This document shows, piece after piece, positions 1 to 13,671 of a DNA stretch of 64,000 bases. The position numbers and the translations under genes were made by a program. The stretch covers positions 5,458,001-5,522,000 of the forward strand of contig NW_024704742.1 of NCBI RefSeq assembly GCF_018977255.1, given 5' to 3'. Below the pieces are notes generated by a model. The model was given only the letters and a program-made list of their open reading frames with translations. It was not told the DNA's origin and did no database searches. Source of the stretch: Callorhinchus milii (taxonomy: Eukaryota). Numbering within the stretch: the stretch's first letter is position 1; every line of letters begins with the position of its first letter.

Positions 1-90
1 CAGTCAATTCGCTTTACAGTATATTCTGTGAAGCACTTTGAGACGTCTCGAAGACGTGATAAGGCGCTATATCAAATAATAATAATAATA
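1..90 (+). mobile_element. SINE 3' end (older subfamily)
   Basis: Tail gagacgtctcgaagacgtgataaggcgc, shared with other copies in the window. Confidence 0.8.
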
Positions 91-631
91 GTTTTTCTTT
101 TCACATTTTTCTTCCCCGCATTTTTTACTCAAATTCAAAGCCTGTTACTTTTCTGTCTCCTGTTTCCACTCTCCTTTTTTGAGGTGGGAACAACTTTGTG
201 AAAAAAAAACAACCCCCTGACATGTGATCGGTTCCAGGGGCAGTTTTTCCAGCTGGGAAAGAGACAAATGGCAAAATCCCATGATCGGGACTTGTTAAAT
301 TTGTTCCTGGCATGTGCGAGCACTGTTGAAGCAGACAACACAGTGTCAATGCTTCCTCTTTATCTCTTCAAAGCACTCATGATTTATCGGCAAGTGCAGA
401 TCTGGCTCATCAGGGAATTGCCATCCTTGTTAAGTGATCTTAGGCAGATAGCGACAGCACATTCATCAGCCATAGAAATACACCACCATATTTATCACTG
501 ATTAAGGAAGCCAAATGCTTCAGCACTCGATTTGTGCCAAGTGACTTCTGTTTTTCTACCCTTACCCACCTCTACCAGTACCACACAATCAGGGCATTAA
601 AATGTGATGTGTGATGTGAAAATTATCCCTC

Positions 632-820
632 TAATAATAATAATAATAATCCTGCATTTGATATAGCACTTTTCACGTCGGGAGGACGTCCCAAAGCGCT
701 TCACAGAACACACTGTAAAGTGAATTGACTGTATATTTGTGGGCGAACGCAGCAGCCAATTGCGCACAGCAATGTCCCACAAACAGTCGTAGATTGAAAA
801 TGACCAATTTATTATTGTTT
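632..820 (-). mobile_element. tRNA-Deu-L2 SINE, 5'-truncated, young subfamily
   Basis: Near-identical to the 3' half of the copies at 13288, 29338 and 34019. Confidence 0.9.
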
Positions 821-1368
821 TTCTCTTTATTCTGGGACAACTGAGAAGTTGCAACAGATTTGATGATAAGAAAAAACCCCTTTGAGTTCACCGAGCGTTT
901 AAAGCATATTCCCGAAGCCTTGAGTTTTCAGCCCGGGGAGAGATGATCACTGAATCTGACCTGTCTCGTGAGGCTATTATGTTTTCCAGCGTTACATACT
1001 TCAAGCCCTGCACGATCAAAGTGTTCAGTGGCTCTGCAAAAGGTAAACCAGTGTGTAATCTTCTGAAAAATCAGCTTAAAGAAATCCCTGGATTCTATTT
1101 TGAAAAGGGTTTATTATTGACTGGATAGTTGATGCGTAGAAGGAACATATGCACATTTTAGTAATGTTTGTGATTGCTGCACTACAACAACGATTTGCAC
1201 TTATATAGTGCCCTCCATGCAGGGTAACATCTCAGAGCACTTAGCAGTAGCGGTGACTGACTTCAAGCCGGGTGGGGAGTGGGAGAGATGACCGTAAGCA
1301 CTACAGTATTGAAAGGAGATGTGAAATGTTGACAATCCAGCTATCTCAATATCTCTCCCATGTCTTAG

Positions 1369-1471
1369 ATGGTCCTGGCGAAGGGAAGCTGTTCCCGGGA
1401 GATCAGATTCTAAACATAAACAATGTGCCGGTGGAGGACATTGCAAGAGAACACTTATTTAACATTATCAG
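1369..1471 (+). CDS. FRMPD1: FRMPD1 coding exon (C-terminal half of PDZ domain); upstream exons lie outside the window
   Basis: Acceptor tcttag|AT, donor AG|gtaac. Encodes DGPGEGKLFPGDQILNINNVPVEDIAREHLFNII, matching the recalled FRMPD1 PDZ (GKLFPGDQIL). 103 bp, phase 1 to 2. Confidence 0.92.
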
Positions 1472-2383
1472 GTAACAATCTCAAAATAACCATTGATAAT
1501 CACCGAGAAAGACTGTCAAAACTACGAAATTCATAAGTCGACTCAATCAACTGGGGAACAATGAGGCACTCTGTATTACTAGCTGTGCAGGAAGGTCCTG
1601 GTGGGATTCAAATTGGGAGTCTTTATCTTTCCAGTTTTAATCGGAATCTGCCTGGTCCTATCAAGATATTCTAAGATAACCAGCAAGTGATATAGCACCT
1701 CAAATTCCATTCCATAAATATGGTTTTCGAAAACAATTGTTAGTTCGATGAACAGCATTACTCTGTGTGACCTTTGGTTTTAAAACTCGCTCTTGAAATA
1801 AAAAAGAATACAATGTGGTCCTTAAGGGTGAACCAAGGTGTGTCCACTCAGCCTTTTTGAGGCTAATACAATTTCCATGGTTAAAAACAATGATATCTAT
1901 GGGGAGGTAAATAGTTTTGCTAGGGCTAACTGGCTTTGAGTTAGACTGTTTGATCTGTCACTAGAGAAATCCAGTAATCTGATGGCTGACCAAACTGTTT
2001 GGCTTATTGATGATGCTTGGAGTTGTAGACATGTTGTCATTGGGTTGGACAGCCCTATTTGTATAAGTACTATAAAACGCACCAGTGATTTTTACTGGAA
2101 AGCTATGCAGACATCATTATAGTTTGACTAAGAGTAACTGCCTTAACCTGAGAACTGTTAACTAGTGGAACAAGTTAATGCAAGAATGGGGAATACGAAA
2201 GCAGTTGAAGCATTCATAAAGTATGCAGATTGCAGATCCCTGGGAAGCAGACTTACATGGGAGAGGCAGGAGGACAAGAGGCGGTGAACCTGTCTGAGTG
2301 GGTGGTGGCGATGGATCAAATGAGCTGCGTCGGACAAATAGCTGTCTTGTTTCTGTATTCTTATATTCTATTGTTTATTGCAG

Positions 2384-2429
2384 TGAATGTGGTAACTCTC
2401 TTGCAGTCACTGTATTGCGATATACCACT
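2384..2429 (+). CDS. FRMPD1: FRMPD1 coding exon (end of PDZ domain)
   Basis: Acceptor ttgcag|T, donor ACT|gtgagt. Encodes (S)ECGNSLAVTVLRYTT, like human EAEDSLSITVVRCTS. 46 bp, restores phase 0. Confidence 0.88.
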
Positions 2430-3314
2430 GTGAGTACCACCCGTCTTATTCTTATTCATTGGTGATAATGTTGTAGTGCATGAAGTCAGATACTAAGCCC
2501 TTGAACTGCACAGGAATATCGACGGGTCTGAAAATGGGCCTAATCTGCCGTTATAATGATCTGAGTGGCAGGTGACCATTGAGACCTGAGATGAATGGGT
2601 TTAGTTATGATGAAACGCTGGGTACACTTGGGTTCTGTTACTTACAGCTGAAAAGGTTAACAATAATAATCCTCATGTTTGATGTACCCTTGCGCCTTGT
2701 CACATGACATGTCCCAAAGTGCTTCACAGGATTTACTGTAAAATGTAGTGACTGTGTATTTTGTACACAAACATGACAGCCATTTGTTAACTTGTGACCT
2801 GATAGAGTCATTCAAAATAACAAGGGAAATTGACAAACTAGATAAGACACAACTCTTCACTCGACTAACCAGGTCCAAAAAGTAGCGGTGATAACCTTAG
2901 AATTAGACCCAAATGGTTAGAATGAGATCAGAAAGCATTTGTTCACGAAAAGGGTTGCGATATGCATTGTAGATTGGGAATGTTTACAAGAGAAAAGGTG
3001 GGGAAACGGTGTTAAACGTTATTGCCTGATTTAATGGACTGGGAAACTGGTTCAACAGACTAACTTGGCTTCTCCTGTGCCCATAGACCAATTATGTCAA
3101 CGCTATAAACTTAAATCGGGAACTTCCGACCACCTCACAGTTAGCATAATCGGAGCAAAATGACAGGGCAAAGGGCAGATACATTATTCTGTGTTGGAAA
3201 GATTAGGAATGTAGTTCTGCAAATACAGTCTGTTCCGTTACATAGCACGCCACAATTAGAACCGTAGTTTCAGTGAAATCACCATTTGACATTGTGCTTT
3301 ATGTCTATTTTCAG

Positions 3315-3419
3315 GGCCCCAAGTCATCTTTTCTTACTGAGGAAAAGCGGGCAAGGCTGAAGAGTAACCCTGTCAAAGTTCGCTTTGCTGAGGAAGTGAT
3401 GGTTAACGGCCACACGCAG
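3315..3419 (+). CDS. FRMPD1: FRMPD1 coding exon (PDZ-FERM linker)
   Basis: ttttcag|GGC ... CAG|gttggt. Encodes GPKSSFLTEEKRARLKSNPVKVRFAEEVMVNGHTQ. 105 bp. Confidence 0.95.
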
Positions 3420-3688
3420 GTTGGTACCGGACTGCTTAAAGCCGCCACAACTAAACTATTGTGATCAGGTCAATGAAAACTCGTACTCAGAAGTCGGACA
3501 TGAGGCTCTTGCACTTGAACTGTAAAGCTTTTGCACTGGGGGTGTAGAGATGCCGAGGAGGTCGAGAGTTGGCTATTGTGACACACTTCAATGGTGTGAT
3601 GTCGCTGCCCAAAGAAGCTTCACGACGTGCTGGGAATATTGCAGCTGAGGAGATTCAGAGGCACAGAACACAACAACAGTCCTGTTGT

Positions 3689-3795
3689 GGAGTCCTGTAG
3701 CTCAGTGGTTAGAGAGCTCGCCTCGCAAGCGAGAGACCTGGGTTTGATTCCCGGTAGGGCGAAACCTTGGGCAACTTTCCTTACTCGACACGGCT
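3689..3795 (+). mobile_element. SINE tRNA-derived head
   Basis: A box TAGCTCAGTGG and B-box-like GGTTTGATTCC. Confidence 0.8.
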
Positions 3796-4091
3796 GATCA
3801 GCACAGCCGTTGGATCATCTCTGGGACCCTCGCTGCTCTGTGTGGCTTGACTGAATGCTGGTGAATGCCATTTTATTATATTTGTTGTGACCTTCCATTC
3901 ACTGCAACCTATTTCAGTTGAAATGTACAAAGCTGAGGAAATCTGACAGGCATTCATGGTTAGAGTAACAGTGAGACGAGGAAGATGGTTCTAAACAAAT
4001 GTGGCAGAGGCGGAAAGTTTGAGAATAGAATGATCTAACAATACGTGTGCTCCGTCTTTTAAACAAACTCTTGTCTTTTTCTCCCACACAG

Positions 4092-4187
4092 GGCAACTCG
4101 TTGATTTTTATGCCCAATGTTCTCAAGCTGTATTTGGAAAATGGACAGACGAAAGCATTTAAATACGATAGCAATACGACTGTGAAG
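4092..4187 (+). CDS. FRMPD1: FRMPD1 coding exon (FERM F1 start)
   Basis: cacacag|GGC ... AAG|gtagta. Encodes [32 protein letters not shown]. 96 bp. Confidence 0.95.
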
Positions 4188-5719
4188 GTAGTAAAAATGT
4201 TTTCACTTACTTCAGACTGTGCATTAAACCTTTGCTAATTTCTCCCCCACAAATAGTCCTCCTGTTTTATTGATTCACCAGTGAAACAACCCAATGACTT
4301 CAACAAGAAATTTCCGTACCCTTGTCAATAAAATGGAGGAGCAAGAATGACACACAAGGGTCTAATTGGTGAGATTGTGAATAGTGGCTCTTCCAGGAAG
4401 CTGAGGAAATCTATTCAGACACCAAACCTCCTCCTGGCACTCAACGGCCACAATCCACTTCACAAAATTTTAAACTGAGATTGATATCCAAACGGAGTTC
4501 CAACAGGTCAGCCTGAGGCACAGCCAGGAAACCTATAGGATTTACTTCTTCCAAATACAGTAGAAGCCACTTTAGCCGGACACTGGTTAACCTTGGATGC
4601 CGGGTAAATCAGACAAAATGCCCGGCCCCGATTCATTTGTATTCTTACCTGTGGCTGTTGTTCAGGTGGAAATGCTGACACTGAATATTGAGCTTTGAGC
4701 TTCAAACTGTCCAAACTCCTGGGCCGAATGGCCTCCTTCTGTGCTGTATAATTCTATCATTCTATGAATGCAGCAGACAATTAGCCACAAACAGCATGAG
4801 TCAATGACCAGTTTTATTTGGAGGATTGTTGGCTGGAACACAGGATAAACTCCCTTCTATTTTCAAATAGAGTCATTGAATGTTTAAGGTCCACCTGAAC
4901 AGACAGGACTTTGGTTTAATGTCACACCTGAAGGGCAGCACTTCAGCAATGCACTTCAACCATATACTCCCAGCACTGCATTGGATTGTCATCTTAAGAC
5001 TAAATGCGCTCAGACAGATAGGAAAATAAACCGAAGGGATCCAAACTGAAGCAAACACGAGACTGCATGGGGGGGAGCAAGTGTTTTCTGAAGAGATCGT
5101 CCAGATCAGAATCGTCCTTTGTCAGTGAGCTTGTTTTCAGCTCCAATTTTGAGATCGGCATCTGACAGGTTATCAATTTGTTCTGCGAGTGGATAAAGTG
5201 ATATTGACTAGGAATGAGCTTGAGTGCCTAAACCCAACACTCAGCTCAACTGGCCTTTACAGAGACTCATATATTTTAAATGAAAGAAAAGAACTCTGCA
5301 GATGCTGTTATAGTTTTGCAAGCTAATGCACATTATTAAAAGAAAAGCTTTTAGGAACATTTGGACATTGACATAACTCGGAGAGATGTCAGGTATTGTG
5401 AAAGGTAAATGTGCTCATGAATCTATCGACAGCAGATATTAGGTTGAGTATTTTCATATATTAAAGGCTGGAGACTCTACTGGGGGAAGATGCTCCTTTG
5501 GATTTTGCTTCACTGTTGTTTTATTTATATAAATCATAGTGTCTCCCTATTGCACCAGTTTGAATGATTTCTTTTCCACCCAACAACCCCTGTAGCCTCT
5601 CTGAGTAAGATCGCTAGCTGGATTCTGGAGGGATTTGAGCTGTGGATTCACAGCTATTGAGTGGGACTAGAACCGCTGAACCTCATTTCAGATATTTCAG
5701 ACTTGAACATACTTGGGAA

Positions 5720-6510
5720 TTGGGCAGGTCGATGCAGATGAAATTCAAACTAGAGAAATGCATGGGGACAAAAAATCCAGGAAGCAACTATTATTTAAAT
5801 GGGAAGAAAATAATCTGTATGGAAACTGAAATGGACTTGGGGATCCTGATTGACAATAAATTGAAGCTATCTCAACAGTGCTTGGTAGCAGTGAATAAGG
5901 CAAACCAGATGCTGAGTTGTATTAAAAGGCCAATATTGGGCCAAAATAGAGCAGTGGGGAAATACATTGGTGTGACCGCAATTGGAATAATGTGGGCAGT
6001 TCTGGTCACCACAATGTAAAAAGGATATTGCAGCGAATAAGAGGGTACAGAGGAGGGCAACCAAAATGATTGAGAGGATGGAGGACTGGACTATGAGAAT
6101 TGATTAGATAAACTGGGCATATTCACGCTCGAGTAGAGAAGGTTGAGGCATGATATGATTATAGTCTTTAAGATTCTGAAAGGACTCAATCATGTAGACC
6201 CTGATAAGTTGTTTTATCTTGTATAGAAGAGTCGAACCAGAGGATAAGGCCTGCGATTGAAGGGCGGTAAATTCAGAACAAATCTGCAAGGAGTGAACTT
6301 GTGGAACAGGCTCTCAAGGGAGACAGTGGAAGCAGAAATTCTTGTTTGTTTTAAGAACAAATTAGATAGATTTCTGCTGGAAAATAATATCTCGGGATAC
6401 AGTATATAGTTTGGGATACCACATGTCAAGCGACTGCCAGGATGGTGGAAGGCGAACTAGATGGACTTTGGTCTTCTTTCTCCTAGAAAATTCTTATGTT
6501 GTTATGTTCT
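5720..6510 (+). mobile_element. CR1-type LINE 3' fragment
   Basis: Degenerate RT C-terminus (DLGILIDNKLKLSQQC...KANQMLSCI) followed by a CR1-like 3' UTR. Confidence 0.8.
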
Positions 6511-6810
6511 CATGACACATATGCGCCTTAAAATTTGTCACACAGAGAACTTCAACCCATGAGTCTCGGGTGGATTTGTACTGAGATCTCGGAGGCGAAA
6601 GATCATTACTTGAATCTTTCTTTGTGTCTTATCTCCTACATGTTACATGGGATAAAGCTAGGAGATTGTTAGCAGTAGGATTAGTGTTAACCTACTAAAA
6701 TTAGCCCCTTTATAATTAGAGTATCAGAGGTCTCTTTTGGATAAAATAAAAATCTTCTTAAAAAAAATCCAGGAAGATGATAGTTTAAACTTTCTATTTT
6801 GAATTTACAG

Positions 6811-6936
6811 GATATTATTCTAACTCTGAAACAAAAGCTGTCCATCCGTTGCATTGAACACTTTGCTCTAGTCCTGAAGGAACAGTACAGCACCTCCAAG
6901 GTGTATCTCCTACATGAAGATGAGATCATTGAGCAG
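6811..6936 (+). CDS. FRMPD1: FRMPD1 coding exon (FERM F1)
   Basis: tttacag|GAT ... CAG|gtaaga. Encodes DIILTLKQKLSIRCIEHFALVLKEQYSTSKVYLLHEDEIIEQ. 126 bp. Confidence 0.95.
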
Positions 6937-8575
6937 GTAAGAAGAGCCTACGCTATGTTCAGTGTACGTGTGTTTGCTTTGTGCATGGATTGTGTTGTGC
7001 TGTATTACTACAATACGAATCCTTTATAATGAATGTACACTTTAAATGCTTTAAATAAATATATTCAGCTCAACCGTGTGTACTTCCTTGTATTCCCCCT
7101 TCCAACCTTCTGAAGAGGTCCATTTGCCATCTCCTTTTTGTTCTTGCTTTTGTCAACGAGGCTGAGCACTGACATCAAGAGATTAGCTGCGGAAGGGAGT
7201 GAACATAAGATATTCCTGTGTCCTGGTGGCAAAACTGCTTTACTTCTCTCCTAAACATCTTCCAAAACATCAAGGCAGTTCAGACAACTCCCAGGACAGG
7301 GAAATCAGCAGGGAAATCAGGAACAAAAGATAAATTTGAAGTTCAAAGCCAAGCATGCAAAAGCAAATCCAGGAAAACATTTCTTCACACAAGGGGATGT
7401 AATTGTAATAATAATAATAATCCTTACATTTGATATAGCACGTAATCACGCCTTTGAGATGTCTCCCTCCATGTTAGAGTAGAAAAAAAATATCCGATTT
7501 GTGAGACTTCTTGAGGGGATTCCTTCGTAATTAATTCAAGTTGTGCGAATGGAGATTTTTTCAGTAACTGGAAAAAAACACGCTCTCATATGAGGAAACT
7601 CCACTGCAACACCATTGACCTCTAAAGTGGAGTTCTCGTGGTAGGAATTCTAATGGGATTCCTTAAGAAATCCATGTAGAAACATCTCAATTTACACCCC
7701 CAAAGCGCTGCCATGCATTAATTAAATAGTGGAGTAATAATAATAATAATGATCATCGCATTTGATATAGCGCTTTATCACGTCTTGAAAGAGGGGGAGG
7801 TTGGGAGTAAGTTGGAGGGACTCCAGGATAGAGTTCCGGAGAGCCGGGACAGAAAGGCAGGAGCTGTGTGGGAAGAATTCTTGCTCCCGAGCCTTGCTGA
7901 CGAGCCAGGCTGGCTGGCCTGTCATCAGCCGTGCCCTGGAGCCTGGATCAGGAACCAAACTGCTGAGAGGCCAAAGTGGGTTGACACGATTCTGACATTC
8001 TGTTGCCCAACAAGTTACCTTGGAGCCAGCCAGCTCAGCGACAACCTCACGTATTTCTCCCCCAATACACAAATAGGTATGGGTACACACATTGAGCCAA
8101 CTGAGGTCCAAGGAGACCGCACTTACTTCCCTTCTAAGGAGGATAGTCACTAGTTGATCCAATGCAATGGATTTCAGTCAATTCTGTAATTGTGTAATTA
8201 TTCATTGTTCATTACAGAATTATTGCCAACTGTAATTTACATTCTACTTTGCACATGGTTAGCACTACCTACAAATTTCCACTCCGTTGCTTGACTGAAC
8301 ATTAGAATGGGATTACAACGATACGGTGAAACAATTGCTTGTTTTGGAGATCAGTATAAAGTCAACCCCACTGTGAAAAACCTTTAGCTGTTATGGGAAA
8401 TCATTAAAGTATCTCTCTTTTCGCAGACTCGGAAATGTCTGCTTGGAAGAAATCAGTGGAAATAATGAGAGACATCTCCCATACCTCAAAATATTCACTC
8501 TAAGACAGTTTTTTTCCAGATGATTTTCTTATCCTTTAAGGATGTTAAGCACATTAATAATAGATTGATTATTGA

Positions 8576-8818
<243 letters not shown>

Positions 8819-9689
8819 TAAAAGAACAATTGTTTTGACTATAGGTGTGCATTCAATTCTGCCCAGTTACTTTTTGAAGATGCTCCATGCATTGCCTTAG
8901 CATCGTTTTCTGTGCAAAACATAATTTGCACTTAATTTCGGAGTGCTCTAACCACAAAGCTACAGGACTCCAAGCTGTATGAAAGCTATGCCTTGTTCCT
9001 CAAAGGCGCTTCAAACTTTTAATAACGTTGCTGACTGTGTATACTGATATAAATAGAAATCTATTGTAATGCTAAGTAAGACTTAGGAGAAAACAATACG
9101 AAGCTGGATTTGCATATCAGAGGAATATGAATATGTTACTTGAAAGGAATTAGGAAAGGCTGCAAACAGCTGGGATTTGCCACACATCGGGGTAGCTTTG
9201 ATTGGGGTTTATTAACAGCGATGAAAATACTATTTGCCACGTCAATAATTTACAATCGGGGGAACCATGGTCAGAGATCTAACGGTTTACTACTGCATTC
9301 ACTAATTTGTAAAATATTTTGAGACCGTGTACCTGGATCCAACGGGTCCCATCAAAAAGTCCATGTTTCACACTTTCAAAAACTATTTACACTGACCCCA
9401 AATTCATAAGCATATTGTCATGAGCAACATCAGTCAGGGTGGAACATGAAAAAGCCAATTGACCAACCAGTAGATTAGTTGGTAGCATTCTCACCCGGTG
9501 TCATCACAACCTCAACACAGTCTTCTGAAAGGATGAATAACCGTTGAATAAGGAAGTGGTGTCTCAGTAGCGACAAATAACCTGGATTTTTCACATTTTG
9601 CTTATGTCAATGCCTCTGAGAAATTGAACTCAGAGGATTGTGTTATAACGAAGTTGCTCTGTAGTTTTATTGTAATATATTTGATATTG

Positions 9690-10285
9690 AGGAACCTTGA
9701 ATATAAAGGAAAGGAAATGATGATTCAATTCTATGGAGCCTTGGTCAGACCCAACTGGAGTACTGCGTTTAGCTTTGGGCATTGCATCTCAGGAACGATA
9801 TATTGGCCCTGGAGACGGGGTGCAAGGCATTTACCAGAATGATACCAGGGCTTAAAGGGTTAAATCATGAGGACATGTTGCATAAACTTGGTTCCCTTGA
9901 GTTTAGAAGGTTGAGAGGTGATCACATTGATGTTTTGAAAATGATAAAGGTATTCGATAGGGTAGATACAGAGAAACTATTTCCTCTGGTGGGGGAATAA
10001 GGTGGCATCATCTTAAAATTAGAGCTGAGCCATTTAGGAGGGAAATCAAGAGGCAGCTTTTCACCCAAAAGGTAGTGGAAATCGAGAACTCTCTCCCCCA
10101 AAAGACTGTGGATGCTGGATCCATTCACATCTTCAAGACTGAGGTGGACAGATATTTGATGGCTCAGGGTATCAAGGGATACAGTGCAAGGGTAGATAAC
10201 TGGAGTTGAGGTACAGATCAACCATGATCTTATAGAATGGTGGAACAGGCTCGAGGGGATGATTGGCCTAACCCGTGTTTCTATG
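9690..10285 (+). mobile_element. CR1-type LINE 3' fragment
   Basis: Translates to LEYKGKE...ALVRP and FTRMIPGLKGL...LEFRRLRGD, typical of the CR1 ORF2 end. Confidence 0.85.
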
Positions 10286-10311
10286 AATGACTTATAAAAC
10301 GTTTATAATAT

Positions 10312-11276
10312 ACAACAACAACAACAACAAGATTCCATTTATAAAGCGCCTTTCACGTCAGGAGGACGTCCCAAGGTGCTGCACAGTTGGGTCATGACCC
10401 GAGCATTGGGGGGAAATGGTCAGGGTGAGGGGAGGGGAGGGAGGGAGCGAGGAGGGGGGAAATGGTCAGGGTGAGGGGAGGGAAGGGAGGGAGCGAGGAG
10501 GAGGAAGAGAGTCGAGAGGGGAGCTGAAGGCACGGTCAAAGAGAAAGGTTTTGAGATCGGCCTTGAAGGAGGAAAGGGAAGAAGCGGCGAAGGCACTGGG
10601 GGATGGAGTTCCAGAGCCTGGGGGCTGAGAGGCTGAAGGCCCGACCACCGATGGTAGGGCGGTTGGGGCGGGGGACGTGGAGCAGACCGGAGCCAGAGGA
10701 ACGGAGGGTACGGGCAGGTAGGTAGGGGGATAGAAGGTTGGAGAGGTAGGAGGGAGCAAGGCCATGAATGGCCTTGTAGGTGAGGATGAGGATCTTGAAA
10801 TCAATCCTCTGGGGGATGGGGAGCCAGTGGAGGCGAGCGAGGGTGGGAGTGATGTGGTCCCGAAGCCTGGTGCGGGACAGTACACGAGCTGCAGAGTTCT
10901 GGATGACCTGCAGTGTGGAGGGAGGTGGCGGGAAGGCCGGCGAGGAGAGAGTTCCCATAGTCCAGCCTTGAGGTGACAAAGGCGTGAACCAGGGTTTCAG
11001 CAGCGTGAGGGGTGAGGTAATGCCGTAGTCTGGCGATGTTCCGGAGGTGATGGAAGGCGGTGCCAGTTGTGGTGCGGATGTGAGGGAGAAAGGACAGCTC
11101 AGGGTCGAACAAAACGCCGAGGTTCCTGACTGCTTTGCGAGGTGGAGAGTGCAGCCTTGGATGCTGATGGTGTCAGCGCCTGAGGTGCGGAGGCGCTGAC
11201 GTGAGCCAATCAGGAGGGCCTCGGTTTTTCGCACGTTGAGCTGAAGAAAGTTGTCTCTCGTCCAGGACTCGATGTT
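10312..11276 (-). mobile_element. L2 LINE 3' fragment, young
   Basis: Encodes AFVTSRLDYGNSLL, QNSAARVL, HITPTLARLHWLPIPQRIDFKILILTYKA. Ends in a stem-loop tail and (TTG)n. Confidence 0.93.
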
Positions 11277-11890
11277 CCCCTACTGCCCCAACCAAAAATG
11301 TCCAGGTGTGTTATAATATAACACACCTACGTTGAAAGTTTCCTCTGAACTCCCTCCATATTAGATAGCAACTTAACATGTCATCACGAGTAGACTGTGG
11401 ACAAGTCTTCATAAGACTTGATGAACTGTTCATTGATCACTTTGGTCCAGAATCAACGGTAGAGCCATCGACCGCTGTTCAGGAACTCTCACAAAATCAG
11501 TTTTGCTTTGCACCTTCTCTCCCTGCCTTCAAACTGTACCTCATCATGTCTTGTGCAGCAGCCTTAGCTTAGTTTGTAGCATTCTCACCTCTGGGCCAAA
11601 AAGCTGTAAGTTTAATTGATTTTCATATTCTTGGCAGTATAGTGGGATGCAGATCTGGCCGATGATAGTCCTGAACCTGTCCACTCCCTCCATGCTGCTC
11701 CATGTCCCCCACCTTCAGGCTCTGGTCACCCTCTACTCTTACCCTCCCGCCCTCCACCCCCCTGATCCCAAACCCCAGCTTGGGTCCAAATCTCCTGACT
11801 GTCCACTGCCTTGGGATGTCCTCCTGCCATGAAAGGTGCTATACAAATGCTATTTGTTTTTGTTGAGACACACCTGGTCCTCCCATTATT

Positions 11891-12262
11891 TAGCTCACTG
11901 GTTAGAGCACTCGCCTCGCAAGCGAGAGACCTGGGTTTGATTCCCGGCAAAGTGAAATGTTGGGCAAGTTTCTTTGCTCCACACGCCTGTTTAACCTAGC
12001 AGTAAGGAGGAACCCGATTGTTAATCTATTGGCGGATCACTTTTCCGGGTGTAATAATTCCTCCAAATTTTTTTAAAAAAAAATAATAAATTGGTCACTT
12101 CAATCCACAAATGTTTGTGGGACGCTGCTGCGTGCAATTGGCTGCTGTGTTTCGCCCACAAAACATACAGTCAATTCACTTTACAGTAGATTCTGTGAAG
12201 CGCTTTGAGACGTCGCGAAGACGTGATAAGGCGCTGTATCAAATGCAAAGGTTATTATTATT
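11891..12262 (+). mobile_element. tRNA-Deu-L2 SINE, older long subfamily
   Basis: tRNA head, Deu-like core GGGACGCTGCTGCGTGCAATTGGCTGC, and tail. Confidence 0.88.
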
Positions 12263-12348
12263 TACAATACTTCTTAACATTATCAAAATCAGATGCCAGT
12301 AAATGTATAAGTGACTTTGTCTAACAACACTGACTGCCTTTTTTTCAG

Positions 12349-12485
12349 AGTTGCAATGATGTGCTGCAGGAGAGATTTGCCATGGAGATGAAATGCAATA
12401 TTGCAATCCGGTTGGCAGCATTGCAGATACAGGAATGTATTCTCAGCTCTAAGCAGCATCAGAAAGTCTCCCTGAAATACATTGA
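12349..12485 (+). CDS. FRMPD1: FRMPD1 coding exon (FERM F2)
   Basis: tttttcag|AGT ... GA|gtaagt. Encodes [45 protein letters not shown]. 137 bp, ends in phase 2. Confidence 0.95.
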
Positions 12486-13287
12486 GTAAGTGGGTCTATT
12501 TAAAATAGTTACAGAACTGAACCAATCCACCATGATTGGTTTTCAGAGATCTAAGCAGCAGCTGCTTAAGCTCCACACCTCCAACTGGTGGAACCATCTC
12601 TCAATGGGAAAGGACGTGAGCCCGAGCTGTGGGCAGGAAGACGGTGGCAATGCTCTCACACATTTCACGCTGAGTTGTGTTGTCCAACACGAAGCTCAAA
12701 GAGAGCTCCTGGTACCTGCTCAAACCCAGGCTTGTGGTTGGGGCAGTAGGGGAACAAATAGAGGTGTGAAAGACTTGGGGGAGAGAGTTGGGGGAAGAGT
12801 GGGGTGGATGGCAGGAAGAGCAATTTTGTCTATTTTCGATTCAAAAAGAAGTGCATGACCTCTTCTCCACTTGTTGTACTGCCTTGGTGCATCCTCAAGT
12901 ATTGTTTAGGATGCACTATTGTTTAAAGCGCTCTGAGATGCTACCTGGCATGAAGGGCACGATATAAATGCTGTTGTTGTTCTGGGCTTATTTTTTCAAT
13001 CCTATTTAAAATTGGATTCACCTCTATGAGGTTCCCTCTGAGCTGTCTTCTCTCAAGACTGAAGAGATCTGGCTTGTCTTGTTGCTCAGAGGTCATTCCT
13101 CTGACACAGGAGATAATTCACGTTGCTCTCCTCTGCATTGGCCCAAGGAATTAGTGTCGCGGTGACCAGAACATTCCCAACAACCCTCTGAAATAAATCT
13201 GACTGCCTAGCTCAAACCAGAGGTAGCAACAACAGGGAGCATCACACTAATTCTGGTCATATTATAACGCATCCTGGGTGAGATTGT

Positions 13288-13617
13288 GGAGTCCTGTAGC
13301 TTAGTGGTTAGCGCACTCGCTTTGCAAGTGAGAGACCTGAGTTCAATTCCAGGCAGAGGGCGAAACCTTGGGCAAGTTTCCTTACTCCACACACCTAATA
13401 ATAATCCCTCCAAAACCGAAAACAATAATAAATTGGTCATTTTCAATCCATATGACTGTTTGTGGGACATTGCTGTGCGCAATTGGCTGCTGCGTTCGCC
13501 CACAAATATACAGTCAATTCACTTTACAGTGTGTTCTCTGAAGCGCTTTGGGACGTCCTCCCGACGTGAAAAGCGCTATATCAAATGCAAGGATTATTAT
13601 TACTATATATTATTATT
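13288..13617 (+). mobile_element. Full-length tRNA(Ala)-Deu-L2 SINE
   Basis: A/B boxes, Deu-like core TGCTGTGCGCAATTGGCTGC, L2-like tail, (ATT)n. Confidence 0.92.
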
Positions 13618-13671
13618 GATGTGTGAAGTGTTAGCTAGGCTCTGCTTTGTAAAGTTATGCCTTTTGTTCAG

